This document shows, piece by piece, positions 1 through 11,399 of a stretch of DNA of 64,000 bases (position 1 is its first letter; every line of letters begins with the position of its first letter). Origin of the DNA: Selaginella moellendorffii (Eukaryota > Plantae > Lycopodiophyta); NCBI RefSeq assembly GCF_000143415.4, contig NW_003314320.1, positions 1,005,231-1,069,230 of the forward strand. Direction: 5' to 3'. The translations under genes were made by a program, and so were the position numbers. The notes under the pieces are model-generated. The model did not search any database, had not been told where the DNA came from, and saw nothing but the letters and a program-made list of their open reading frames with translations.

Positions 1-1540
1 CAGCAGAGAGGTGCCGTCCTGATACAGGCTCCGCCTCATAGCGGAAAGACGTCTTTCCTGCAGTTGGCATTGGAGAGCACAAGACTCGCCAAACTGGGAA
101 GCTGTTTATTTTATCAATCTTGCTACCGTCAGTGACACAATAAGCTTCGGGGATATTCTCAAGACCTATGGTGAGTGTAGCGTCTGCACTTTGACTTGAA
201 CTAATTCTTAGTGCTACAGGTGTTAAGGTGATGGATCTCCTTGACCCAGGTGGTCCGAAAAGGCTTCTTATAGTTGACGAAGCCCTTGTTGTTTGAAACA
301 AATGGCTTATTAAGGGCACTTGAACATAATTCTTTCGTCAGGATGGGGATTTAGAACACATCCGGATTCTAGTAAGCTGGGATAGTTCAAACAGTGAGGT
401 AAACTTATCTCCTCATGAATTTTATGCTTATAAATTGTTTTTCAGGTGATCATGGTCTTTCTTTGCAATTCAGTGATGAGGAGGCAGTAGACCTATGGTT
501 AGTATGGATGCGGTACTACAGATTCCAGACCTTGGTGATGAATTACAAGATTGGATTATCTGGTTATAAGCAGCCAGGAATAATGGCGGAAATTTTGGAT
601 TGGATTGCGGACACTATTGCGACAAAAAGGCCGAGCAAGCTAAGTGAGTACTTCATCCACAAGCCGCAGACGATCAATCTCACTATCATATTTGCCAATT
701 GTCGGAGCATACAATCGTAAGCTGTGCCGTGTCTTGAAGTTTGCAATACTTTGACAGGTTATACAGGCTATACCACAAACTTGATAGTCCCTCTGGTGTT
801 TACAATCATCCCTTAATAACGTATGCTTACTTGAGAATCTCCAGGTATGCATTCACTTGGTAGATCTTTATGTGTTGGACATGTCCTTGGAGTTGTAGGT
901 GTCGCATGATTTGCTTTCACAAGAGATGAAACACGCTGTGGATGGCTGCTTCTGCATGGCCAGCTTATGAAGAATCATTGGGGAAATTGCTGGTTGCCTT
1001 CTAGAGTGCACGAACGTTTTTTCACCAGGCGCATCTTCAAGGGTATACTGCCAAGCGCTATGGGAATCAAGCTGTTCCTTGTCAAAGTTTTGGAGTGCTC
1101 CTCGTCGAAGGCGTTACGAAACAGCTTTTCACGGGGTCGAGCAGATGAGGCGTACGAGCGCCATCTGAAAAATGAGTTCTACAGGTGTGTGACTTGGATC
1201 TCTTTCTTTTGTGACAGCAACTTGTTGCAGGTCAGTATCCTTCTTGCTTGAGCCCGGCATCTGGCCATGTCCCGATGTGGGACCTTGTTCCGGTCTCAAA
1301 GGCTTCGCTGATTACTATTTGGCACAGTTTGGCTAGTACTTTGAACTGATGAGGAAGGGTACACAGATCACAAGACGTTCGCATCTTGAGAGGTAATTAG
1401 ATGCATTTTCTTTTTTGTTTTACTAATACACTTTATGTTCCAGATTCAGTCAGAACGGCCAGTATTGCCCCTGTTTTCTGCTGGACCTCTCAAGGCTTAT
1501 GTCGTGATTGATATTTCGAATGAGTTTGAATTTTTGGATA
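1..1540 (+). pseudogene. Degenerate Crinkler/RHS-type (CR) NTPase + PD-(D/E)xK nuclease gene, family A; 5' part lies outside the window
   Basis: Frame 1 at 1-135 reads AVLIQAPPHSGKTSFLQL (Walker A). 967-1251 has EAYERHLKNEFYR. About 1260-1390 reads PDVGPCSGLKGFADYYLAQFG*YFELMRKG..DH, and about 1460-1515 reads LKAYVVID. These match the CR-REase pattern. Multiple stops and frameshifts. Confidence 0.7.
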
Positions 1541-1549
1541 ACAAGCCGA

Positions 1550-1930
1550 TGATCATGAAGATGGAACCCATCTGGAAGCACTACACTTTCTCGGTGTTCT
1601 GGATCGATCGTCTTTCTTAGTCCGCTTGGTGTTCTTGGAGGTGGGGTCGACTTTTTTTTTATTTGAGAGATTGCACAATCTTTGAGGGTGGAGCTTGGTG
1701 TTCCGATCACGCATCTTGTGCCAAGCGCGCGCGAACCTCGCTCGGCTCCTCCAGTCTCATGGATAGACAGTCGCTGTTTTTCGGGATTCTCAGCAATTCG
1801 GCTCAAGAATTTCCCGCGTTGTGGATTGGACTTTTACAATTGGAACTTAGTGAAGGTCAAGTACTTAGAGAAGATATGCGGTCTCGGATCTTTTGAGCAA
1901 GGATATGATCAACGCTGAGATGGTTTGTCC
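1550..1930 (+). pseudogene. Deleted fragment copy of the pectin acetylesterase gene at 40120-41938
   Basis: [34 protein letters not shown] and DFYNWNLVKVKY are near-identical to the PAE exons, in inverted orientation and with large internal deletions. Confidence 0.9.
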
Positions 1931-2005
1931 GGTTTTTTCTTCGTTTTCGATTCCAATGCACGAGCTCTAAGGAGCTTATCCATCTCATTCCATCCTGCCT
2001 TCCTC

Positions 2006-2641
2006 CTACGAAAGTTCTAAGATTTCTCTTGCCAGATTCGCTCTCGCCTCTCGCTCAAACCCGGCGTGGAAGAAATCCGTCCAGAAGAGGCGCTCTCGCT
2101 CCAGAAATCGCTTGAGCACGCCGGCTCTCTTCTCGCGATACACGCTCTCGGGAACCCACGAGTACTCGCTCCGGATGCCCTCCTTGTACGCGTCGTATTC
2201 CTCCTTCCCGCGTCCCAGGATGGACAGATCGATGTCCACCACCAGCCTCTCCGCCTGATCGCCAGCTCCAGTGTGGTCCACCGTCGCCAGGATCATCCTC
2301 TCAATCCTCTCCCGCGCGCTCGCCTCCATCCCTCGCGACAAGTCCACGAACAGCGCCGCGCTCTCGGCCTCGTTGCTGCTCGATTTGGGGTCGTAGATCG
2401 CGTCGTGGAACCAGAGTGCCACGGCAACCTCGTCGAGCTGAGCACCCGTGAGTGCTGCTAAATCGGAGCTGCCGTCCTGGCGGAAATCGGCCAGCCGAGC
2501 CAAGCAATCGTGTATGTGATTCAAGCCGTGATACTTTCGAGCCGGATCCGAGTAGAGTTTCTCGAGAGTCCCATGCACGCTGCGAGCCTGCTGCTCATCC
2601 TGCCCGCTTACCCTCGTCCAAAGCGCACAGAAGTCCGCCAT
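2006..2641 (-). CDS. Intronless HD-superfamily metal-dependent phosphohydrolase (COG4339-like), 211 aa
   Basis: Motifs YSDPARKYHGLNHI, ALWFHDAIYDP, NEAESA, DIDLSILG, IRSEYSWVP and ARANLAREI. Clean ATG-TAG ORF, GC-rich, with a TATA-like element about 30-35 nt upstream. Confidence 0.88.
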   Translation of the reverse strand: MADFCALWTRVSGQDEQQARSVHGTLEKLYSDPARKYHGLNHIHDCLARLADFRQDGSSDLAALTGAQLDEVAVALWFHDAIYDPKSSSNEAESAALFVDLSRGMEASARERIERMILATVDHTGAGDQAERLVVDIDLSILGRGKEEYDAYKEGIRSEYSWVPESVYREKRAGVLKRFLERERLFWTDFFHAGFEREARANLAREILELS

Positions 2642-2999
2642 AGCCGGAGCCCTAGAACCCTTTTTGCGCCTTTATATTAACTAGCAAGGAATCCAGCTCC
2701 GCTGGAATAGATAGGACATCTAGGTGACATGAATCCTAAAGAATTAGTTGTTTGTTTTCATCATCCAGTAGTGATGATGTATATTTTTCAAATTGTTTGT
2801 CTGAAATTCATAATGTCATTTTAGTGTAGAGATTGATAATTATACCTTGGAGATCATCAATATCCACAAATACTTTTTATGACAATGGAACATTGTCTTT
2901 GTATATACCCTTTCTTTTATTGGTAACAAAAGTAATATAAGCAGATGGTTTCTCAAATCCCATATTGTTGCAATTATTATCACTATATAGGAAGTTATT

Positions 3000-5900
3000 A
3001 CAGAAATTTAAAATTATAGAAAGGATTCTAATCAAAATCTTTTATGTATAACTTGCAAGATGGCAGGGTCAGTAAGGAATCTCTAGTATTCTTTCATGGT
3101 CTAAATGTTTCTTTCTTCAGATCCTCAAGGAACTTCAAGCGGAAGGTGTTCCGGATTATTTGACTCCTCATAAAGTAAGTTCCTGAATGTTCTTTCCTTG
3201 CTGCTCTACAGTTACCTAGCATGCTAGGTGAAAGTCTGCAAGAATTCACCAGCAACCATCCAGCCTTGAGCATGCTGCTACCAACTCTAAAGCCATATAC
3301 AGCTGGCCAGCTTCTATCTTTGTATGATCACTGGGTCATGGTGCAAGGATTTATCTGGGGAATCAACTATAGATACATTTAATATATACAAATTCATACA
3401 TATACTTCTTTGATCAATGAGGTGTGAACTTGGCAATGTAAACTTGGTTAAACCTTGGTTAAGGAGATTGCCATTTCCTTGGCTCACAATCCATCTTGAC
3501 CATTCTTTTTCTTTTGGGTTTACTTGCATGTATGGAATTTATTAGCTCAATTTTCAACTTTTGAAGAAATTCTTCTTGATCTCGTAGGATCCCTTTATAA
3601 GGTCAACATTAGCCTCCCTAGCAATTATCCATTAAAGCCTCTCAAGATAATGTGGAAAGGAGGAAGAATTCAAAGATCTTATCTCTCATTGGAAAATGTA
3701 GGTGGTGTTTAAAACGTGAATTTATTGCTGCAACATTCATCCTAGTGGACAGATCTTCTTGAAAACTCTCAAGGAGAATTAAAGTCCAGCTCTTACCATT
3801 TCCAAACTTTTGTTTCAATTTGTGCATTGCTGGGTGAGCCAGATCCTTGTGATTTTTCTCTTTGTTTTTCTTGAACTTATTTCCTTGTAGTTGATCCTTT
3901 GGTGGGAAGTATAACCTGTGAATATTTGTCCAAAATGTTAGTAGCATCTGACCATGTTGTGATTGACCGGGGGCCAAATCTTCTTGGACATGTGAGAAAC
4001 AAATCGAACTTTGTGGACAGCTCCATGGCCTTGTAGTCATGTAGCAAGCTCTTGGGCTTCTCATGCTGTATAAGCTGCAAGGCAAGGTCCATCTTTGCAT
4101 TCATCACCAGCTTCTCCACTTCAGGGACTCAGTTGTAAGCAGCAATGGTGATCTTCAATTCTTCTCCAGACAGTCTTTTTGAGTAGTTGATCTGATTGTG
4201 CCACCTTCATCAAGAACATCAACTTAAACTCAAGAAAGTTCCTTAGAGAAGACAAAAAAAAAAAAAAAACCTTAGCACTCAAGCTCTAGGCAAGAGCTCT
4301 CAATGACACGTTGCAAGCTTTGCTATGGCAGTTATGACAAAAAATAGCAGCCGGGACTGGACCGGGATGGCAGAAGTTTTATGCCTGGATGTTTGTGAAG
4401 ATTAGACACAACATAAACAGTGAGAAACTTCGATTACCATAAGAAGAGGTTTTTGTAGAGAACCAACTCTAGAGTTTCAAAGAGCTCTGTTACACCATCC
4501 TTGAAACAAGTACCACCACCCCCATGGTCTCCAACCACTCAGCATAGTTGCAAAGGAAGCTCAGTCTAGTAAATGTAATAGAAGTTTAACACTCAAACAT
4601 TGTAAAATCCATCTTACTTTACTGTCACTTGTTTGAGGTTGACTGGTAATGGGCTTCTGCAATGTTTTTACTTCTTTTGGGATAACAACTTCAAATAGAT
4701 AAGAAACGCTTACCTTCAAAAGAGCAATGAATTGAGGAGATTTCTTGAAGAAAGTGTGCACAAACTGAGAACACGTTTGTTGGACCTAATTTAAGACATG
4801 AGTCAGCTTATGAGTAAACTAATCTTGCTTACCTCGATTGAAAATGCCTTATCCGGAAACATGGCATTGATTCTGAAGAAGACCATAGGTAAAAGAGTGC
4901 AGAGTAGTGCTAAACATACAAAGAGCAGCGGATTAAATGCAAAGGTTTGGAACTTACAATCGCTCATATCTTGCAATGCAACGTCGAAATAGACTTGCAA
5001 AAGCTGCGGGATAAATTTTAGAGCATGTACCCCATTGCTACTTCCAATGTAGCCTTCATTCCAGGATACAACCAATGATGTTCCTGCAAGATGGACCTTT
5101 GTAACCTTAAAAGCGATATAGTCACTTCTTGTTAATGCTAAGCCTTCATTTTCATCTTTCAAGAGGTCTGAAAACAGATCATCTGCTTCGTAATATAAGC
5201 TTCTTCCAGAGCCTTCTTTGCTAGAATTGTTGCCCCCACCAATGAAAGTTCCCGTGTAAGTCAATGCTCGAAGTGCCTAAAAAAAGATGCCTCGAGATAA
5301 AAAAATCACAAACGTTAATGAGCATATCACCTCAAGTGCTGGGTTATTTAGAATGTTCCCCATGTTTCCGTGCAAAGATCCAGTGCATTGTTCTAGACTC
5401 TGACCAAAACTGCATAAAAGCTTCACATGCTTCAACATCAGAAATCGAGTCATAGCTCGGAAATACTCACTTGGCAGATACAGAAGAGCCAAGAACAGCT
5501 GCAAAATTGACAACTGCAAAACTCATAAACTTAGCCATCATCTTCTTGAAGCCAATTGTCATGTATGCTTGACGGTGGCAGTGCTTGGCTTTTGTTTGAA
5601 TTATCAGAGAGCTTCAAGAAACTTAATCTCCAATGTGTATGACTGTAATACATTCCAAGCAAGGTTGTCAGTAATCTAGAGAAGAAGAAAAGAGAATACA
5701 GATGTTTGCCGGGGAGCTAAAAGCATCAAAAATAGAAAACTCACCTCTTCAGTCACTGCCACTTGGCTCACTATTCTCAACACTGAGAACTTGCCAGTGG
5801 ATAGATGGACTCGCTGAGGTTAAGCCTATGCAAGTCAACCAACGTAGCTTGGCCAGTGACTCTAGAATGGGATCCAGCTTGTTGTCACTGAGCCATTGCA

Positions 5901-7345
5901 CATGAAAATGCATTCAGTTTGGCTACAAACAATATGTGAAAGCTTTTTACCTCAAACTTAAGAGTGCCATACCATTGTTTGGCATGAAGAACTGGAAGAA
6001 ATCAGCTTGACTGAGGAAGACAATGTTCAGTCTGCAGCAAACTTGACAAGATGGTGTAGAGTGAGCTGCTTCCGTTAGAGGTAGTGCTGAGCTTGGTCCT
6101 TGAGGACTGCATGAACTCTAACGCAGCAATCGTCCAAGGGACTATTGTCTTGCATTTGCACAAAAGGCAGGCACGGGACAAAAACATGTAATTTCCATGG
6201 CAGCTTTAGTTTTAAATATAAATTTCACTACCTTTGTTGTCAACTTCCATGTCACAAGAACCATTTCTTAGGGTCTCATTTACCATGTCTAAAAGGAAAT
6301 GTTACAAGTAGGAAACTTTTTATTATTAATTTTTGTTTGGATACCTCTTACCCTTTTTGCTTTGCTCTTTTGTAATCTCTTCTAGTCCCACTTCTTCTCT
6401 GCTTTTATAATCTACAGGAATCATTTTACACACCTTTGTAAAGCATTTCAAATTTATAATAGGCATCTGGGCTGTAAATCTCACCTGAAACTTCTTTCCG
6501 AGGGATTCTCAATGATGTAAATGCAACCTGCGTGTTTCCTGGCTCTCACCATTTTCCAAAGAGGAAGTCATTTCGTTCTGAAACCATGTAACTATAAAGA
6601 TAACCCTAACCAACTTTTATCTTGCAATACTTTACTTTGTCACAAATATCTTAAATCATTTTCCTTTGTTACATTGGGCAATAAGATATTATTCAGCAAG
6701 CCAGGTTGTGCTGCAGCACGGATTGCATGTGTTCTTTAGCCGTGATGTACCTGCAAAGCTCAAGAGCTCACTCATTATTAAAAAGTTATGAAGTCATGCT
6801 CTGTCCAAGTTCTCTCACCTTTAAATAACGGTTGAGCGGCATTGTGAACTATGATTAGATCATTCTATGGGCTTTTGTTTGTTTGTGAAGCATTCATCTG
6901 TATGCAAACTCGGGATGCAAGCACCTGAAAAGATTGGATTTTCAATTAGTTTCAGATGATGGAAAGCCAAGTTTACATTGCCGAGTTCACACCCCATTAT
7001 TGAAGGAGTTGATTCCCCAGATAAATCCTTGCACCATGACCCAGTGCTCATACAATGCTAGAAGCTGGTCAACTGTACATGGCTTTAGAGTTGGTAGCAA
7101 CATGCTCAAGACTGGACGATTGCTGGTGAATTCTTACAGACTTTCACCTAACATGCTAGATAACCGTAGAGCAGCAAGGAAAGAACATTCAAGAAGCCTT
7201 TCAAGATCCTACTCTTTATTTTGTAGGAAATTCAGCACTTGGCTCTCCGAATTTGCAGCATGCCAGGACTGCATTGCAATGTGTTGGGATTTCTCCTATC
7301 CAAGATGTGTGCAAGTATGCACAGATTTTGAGGAGATTTAGAAGG
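3000..7345. pseudogene. Decayed multi-exon gene remnant(s) of unknown identity, including an internal inverted duplicate (about 3180-3450 vs about 6960-7200)
   Basis: Exon-like segments bounded by GT/AG, interrupted by stops. The reverse complement of 3180-3450 aligns with 6960-7200 (PSLHC[Q/R]VHT..KE; GFRVGS.MLK). Confidence 0.4.
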
Positions 7346-7559
7346 TAGTAGGTAGACAATGCTTGATTCTTATTATAATGAGGCTTATAACATTAACTTT
7401 GCTAAACAATAGACTATGGCCGGTTTAGTAAAGGGATGATAAAACGTGTATGGTTGTAAAACTCAGTTCTCATGAGATTCTTACAACTTGCTTCTGAAAG
7501 TCTTCATGTTTTGCCTTTGTGCTTCGCAAATCTTCCTCAGCTTGCTTGAGCTGTACATA

Positions 7560-8900
7560 TATCTTCTCGACACATACCTGGTTTACTAGGGTGAGAACAA
7601 CATAAGGGTCACCAATCATGAAGTCCCTCACTGTAAGGTTTATGGCTTTTATTAGACGCACTCGAATCAATCCAACAAATCCTTGCAGACCTTGCAGTTA
7701 AAATTTTTACCTCTAGAATTGAAGCATTAAACAAACCAGAGCAGAAGAATCTTCTTGCCTTGAAATAATGTCAATTCTCGACAAGAGGAAGCCAAACGCA
7801 TAGATGGTTTTACGAATTCTTGTCTTTCATACTTGCTTCTGAGAAAACATTGATTGTTGAAAAATAAATATAGAAAACAGTTTCGCATCTCTTGAACCTT
7901 ACAAATTCTAATTGCTCTTGATTGGATGATTCCGGCATGGGTCTTTTGCCAGGATTTCGGAACAAAGGCCTCGTATGCAGCATTTGCAGCTGCATTGCCA
8001 CCAATAAACAGCATAAGCTCAACCCCTTCGTCTGTCCAGTTGTTGGAATTTATGGACATAAACTGTTGAAAAAGGACATAAAATTGGGAAGAGAGATTAT
8101 TTACATTTACCTTTGATACAGAAGCTCCCATGCTTCAATGAACAGCATAGCATTTGTCACAAATTATAACTCCATGTTTTTAGAGCTGGAGAAACAACAG
8201 AAGATGCAGCAAGATGGAAATGAAAATGACTTATGCCCATTGGGGACCCTACAAGCTGCAATCCGCACAGAATTGGTTGTCTGGTTGCAAGATAAATGTC
8301 TGAAATTTAGTCGTGCTTCTCTCCATTTGCTAAGGTATCAAAGATCCACTCCTGAAAAACAAAGATCGGTGGACAGACCTTCTAGCAAAAAAAAGAAGAA
8401 TAAAAGAAAAAGCATTGCATGGAAAACTTTACCTTTAACCAAAGGAAATTCCGAGTCGATGAGCTTAACCTTTACTCCAATCCTGCCAATATGCTCTGAG
8501 ACACATAGATACACTGCAAAAAAAGAGCATTCTCAACTCAGAGGGAAAAGAAAGAACTAGGACCAACCTACCAAGACGTTAAACCATCACCAAAGCCTAC
8601 CAATTCGAGGATAACAATCCTGGTGATAATAGAGAATGCATACTGCAACCAAAAAAAAGATGATGACGTTCCACTTGGAATTTATGGACATAAACTGTTG
8701 AAAAAGGACATAAACTTGGGAAGAGAGTTTATTTTCATTTACCTTTGATACAGAAGCTCCCAGCATTTGTCACAAATTATAACTCCATGTTTGTAGAGCT
8801 GGAGAAACAATAGAAGATGCAGCAAGATGGAAATGAAAATGACTTACGCCCATTGGGGACCCTACAAGCTGCAATCCGCACAGAACTGGTTGTCTAGTTC
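7560..8900 (-). pseudogene. ArfGAP-C2 (AGD11/12/13-like) pseudogene with a partial tandem duplication (8670-8900 copies 8044-8283)
   Basis: PDNQFCADCSL*GPQWA (stop next to the Zn finger), WTDEGVELMLFIGGNAAANAAYEAFVP, SKYERQEF, and the C2 start IRVRLIKAINLTVRDFMIGDPYVVLTL. Confidence 0.85.
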
Positions 8901-9213
8901 CAAGACAGTAAAGGAAAGATTCATGAGCACAAGGTATATAATGTAAGGACCAATGCAATCATGCAGCGAACCTCATGGTGTGCAGCCACGGTGATAAGCT
9001 CTCCTGGAAAAATGCATTGAGGTTTACCCTATAAAAAAACCCTCAACTGTTTTTTTTGCCACGTGTTTTTAATCTCCACCATTAAGCTTGAAAAGAATCT
9101 TGATTGAATATGTCACCCTTGCTCTTTTAAATATAGAAGGATGATTTTTGTATTTTCCACAAGTAACCAGAAGTCAAATTTGGAAGTGAAAAGTACACTT
9201 CCAGCTCTCCTAT

Positions 9214-11159
9214 CTATCTATCATTAAACGAGATACGTCCTCTCCAATTCTTGAGGCGCACCACCTCCTCTCCTCTTTGGCCAGTTACGGTGACACTTGC
9301 TATGCGCTCGCTGGGACGAAAGTTGACGGACATAAAAACGACCGAGTCACTAACAGGAACCACAGTATGCTGTTGTTCATTAGGCCTGTCCATGCAGAAG
9401 TTGATGATGAAAACCTGTGCTGAATGCTGATCATGGTAAAGAAGCGCCCTCGTCACGTGCTCCGTTATCTGTCTCATGGTACCGTTCGCAACAAGCTCCA
9501 CTGCAAACTTGGAGTTGGGACCGTCGCAAAATAGAGAGTCACAAGCAACTCAGACCACCTCTGATCTGGCACAATCTCCTCCTTGACTTCAGGTAGAATT
9601 GTCACTGGAATGCAAGGATAAGCACGTTTCAGGATGGCCTTCATCCTGCACAGGAAGAGGAACTGTTGCGCGTATTTGGACGGACCTGCTCCTCTAGCTC
9701 TTAAGCTCTCGGGCCTACACATAACTTCTCCGTCCAGAGTCTTGATAGCCTGAAGAAGGAGCCACACGCGGTCCAGTCGAGTAGCACAAGGAGGTGCATC
9801 CACGTCGTCGCAGAAGACGGTGCATCTACGGAGCATAGCAGTCCGAAGAAGAGGCGTTGAAATGCCTACATAATACCTTCCTGCCTCAGTTTCCTCATCA
9901 TCAGCTGTAATCACAGATGCTGCGAGCACCCCGTGTGCAATAAAATCGCGTAGTTGCACCAGCGTCTCGGGTCCGCAATATAGACCAGGAGTTTCCAGGT
10001 ACCGGGTCAGCAGCTTACATGCCTCGGCATCTTGCTCCTGTTTCCGAATGAAAGCAAGAATCCTGTTGTACGTAGCCTGTCCGAATATGTAAGTTCCCAA
10101 ACGATACGACTCTGCTCGCCGGAGCCAGCGTCTGAACGTCCAGAGCTCCTCCTGAACAAGGTAAGCCAGGCAAGTGCCTGTAAGCCCCTTGTGACCACCA
10201 GTCCACTGTATTATCGACACTGCAATGCTCTCCACCTCGATGGCCACACTTGGACGATCCGCTGCTGCTTGGTGTAACAGTTCCCTCACATGTTCCAGAG
10301 TGAACCTTGAGGATGCCAAGACATGGTCGTGCGGAAAGGGAGTCAGCCGACTTGGAGTAGAACTTGGCATATGCGTGTCTGTCCTTACTGCATCTGGAAC
10401 ACGCTTGTTGTATCGTGCTTCAAGAAGATCCTTTACAGTCTCCACCCCAACAAGCAGAAAGCCATGCAAGTTGTACGCATCCTTGTCGCTCTTGATGCTT
10501 CTGATGGTGGCAAAGAACTCGTCCACGATGTCCGACGATATGTCCAGCAGAGAATCTGCCTCGTCGAGGACGACAGTCACCAGCGTCGGCAGCTTGCTCC
10601 TTGTGAAGAGCGACTTGAAGACGAGAGATGTACATGGCACCTGCTGCTTGGGGAAGAGAGCAGGACACTTCAAGGTGAGGCTGTCGCAGATATAGCCCCA
10701 AAAGTCATGGCTGCTCCAACTCATCCTCGCACCCTCCAGTCCATCTAGGTAGACCACAGTCGCTTTGGACGTTAACATGAGCTCCCTCCGAGCTGCCAGC
10801 ACCATTGTCGACTTTCCACTCTGTCGAGGGCCACACAACGCGCAGTTCTTGCCCTGCGCCAGGTCGGATACCAGGTCGTCCACGTCCGGGGTGATATAGT
10901 AATGCGACTCGGGATCGACTGCATGCCCAGCTACAAACCGTCTCTTTGGAAGTGACTCGGTCCTAACCCGAACGCTGTAATCGACACCGGCAGCAAGCTT
11001 GGAGTCCGGCAGAATTGCCTCCCCTGCCTTGGATTCCAGCAACAGTAGATCAGCGCTCGTTTCTGTCTCCCTCGAGATATGACCCAGCGCCTCCTCCGCA
11101 GTCATGCCTGCTGAGAAAGCCCACCACTTTTGCGCGCCTTGCACACACGCAGCTTCCAT
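9214..11159 (-). CDS. Intronless CR/Crinkler-like protein, family B: Ubl-like header + STAND/AAA-like NTPase + PD-(D/E)xK nuclease, with one frameshift near 9550 (recent pseudogene or sequence error)
   Basis: RFVAGHAVDPESHYYI; Walker A CGPRQSGKST; Walker B VVLDEAD; WTGGHKGL (STAND GxP-like). The nuclease region ILPEVKE continues in a shifted frame as CDSLFCDGPNSKFAVELVANGT..ITEHVTRALLYH (ORF 9214-9501). First ATG at 11159. Confidence 0.75.
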
Positions 11160-11399
11160 TTCTCCTCGACCAACCCACCGCCTTTTTGATACCCTAAATT
11201 CTGTGCTCAATTGTTGCTCTCAAATCCTCGAGAATTGCCTCTAGCCTCGTTTTTCATAAGGATTTTTGACGCTGAAAGCGTGTGCCGACGACGCTTCTCT
11301 TCCCGCCCGCCTTTCTGTGCTTGGCTGCGTTGCTGTGAATGATCGAGCAGCCGGGTGGGATAGATTTGAGGTAAAACGACGCTGCAAGAGCCTCCAAGA

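Noticed and set aside
2637-2650. 14-bp identity around the start codons of the HD gene and exostosin (36404-36417)
   Set aside because: Too short, and similarity does not extend; compatible with chance plus start-codon context.
2770-2805. Possible C/D snoRNA (GTGATGA...CTGA)
   Set aside because: The boxes are only about 35 nt apart, with no terminal stem or recognisable guide.
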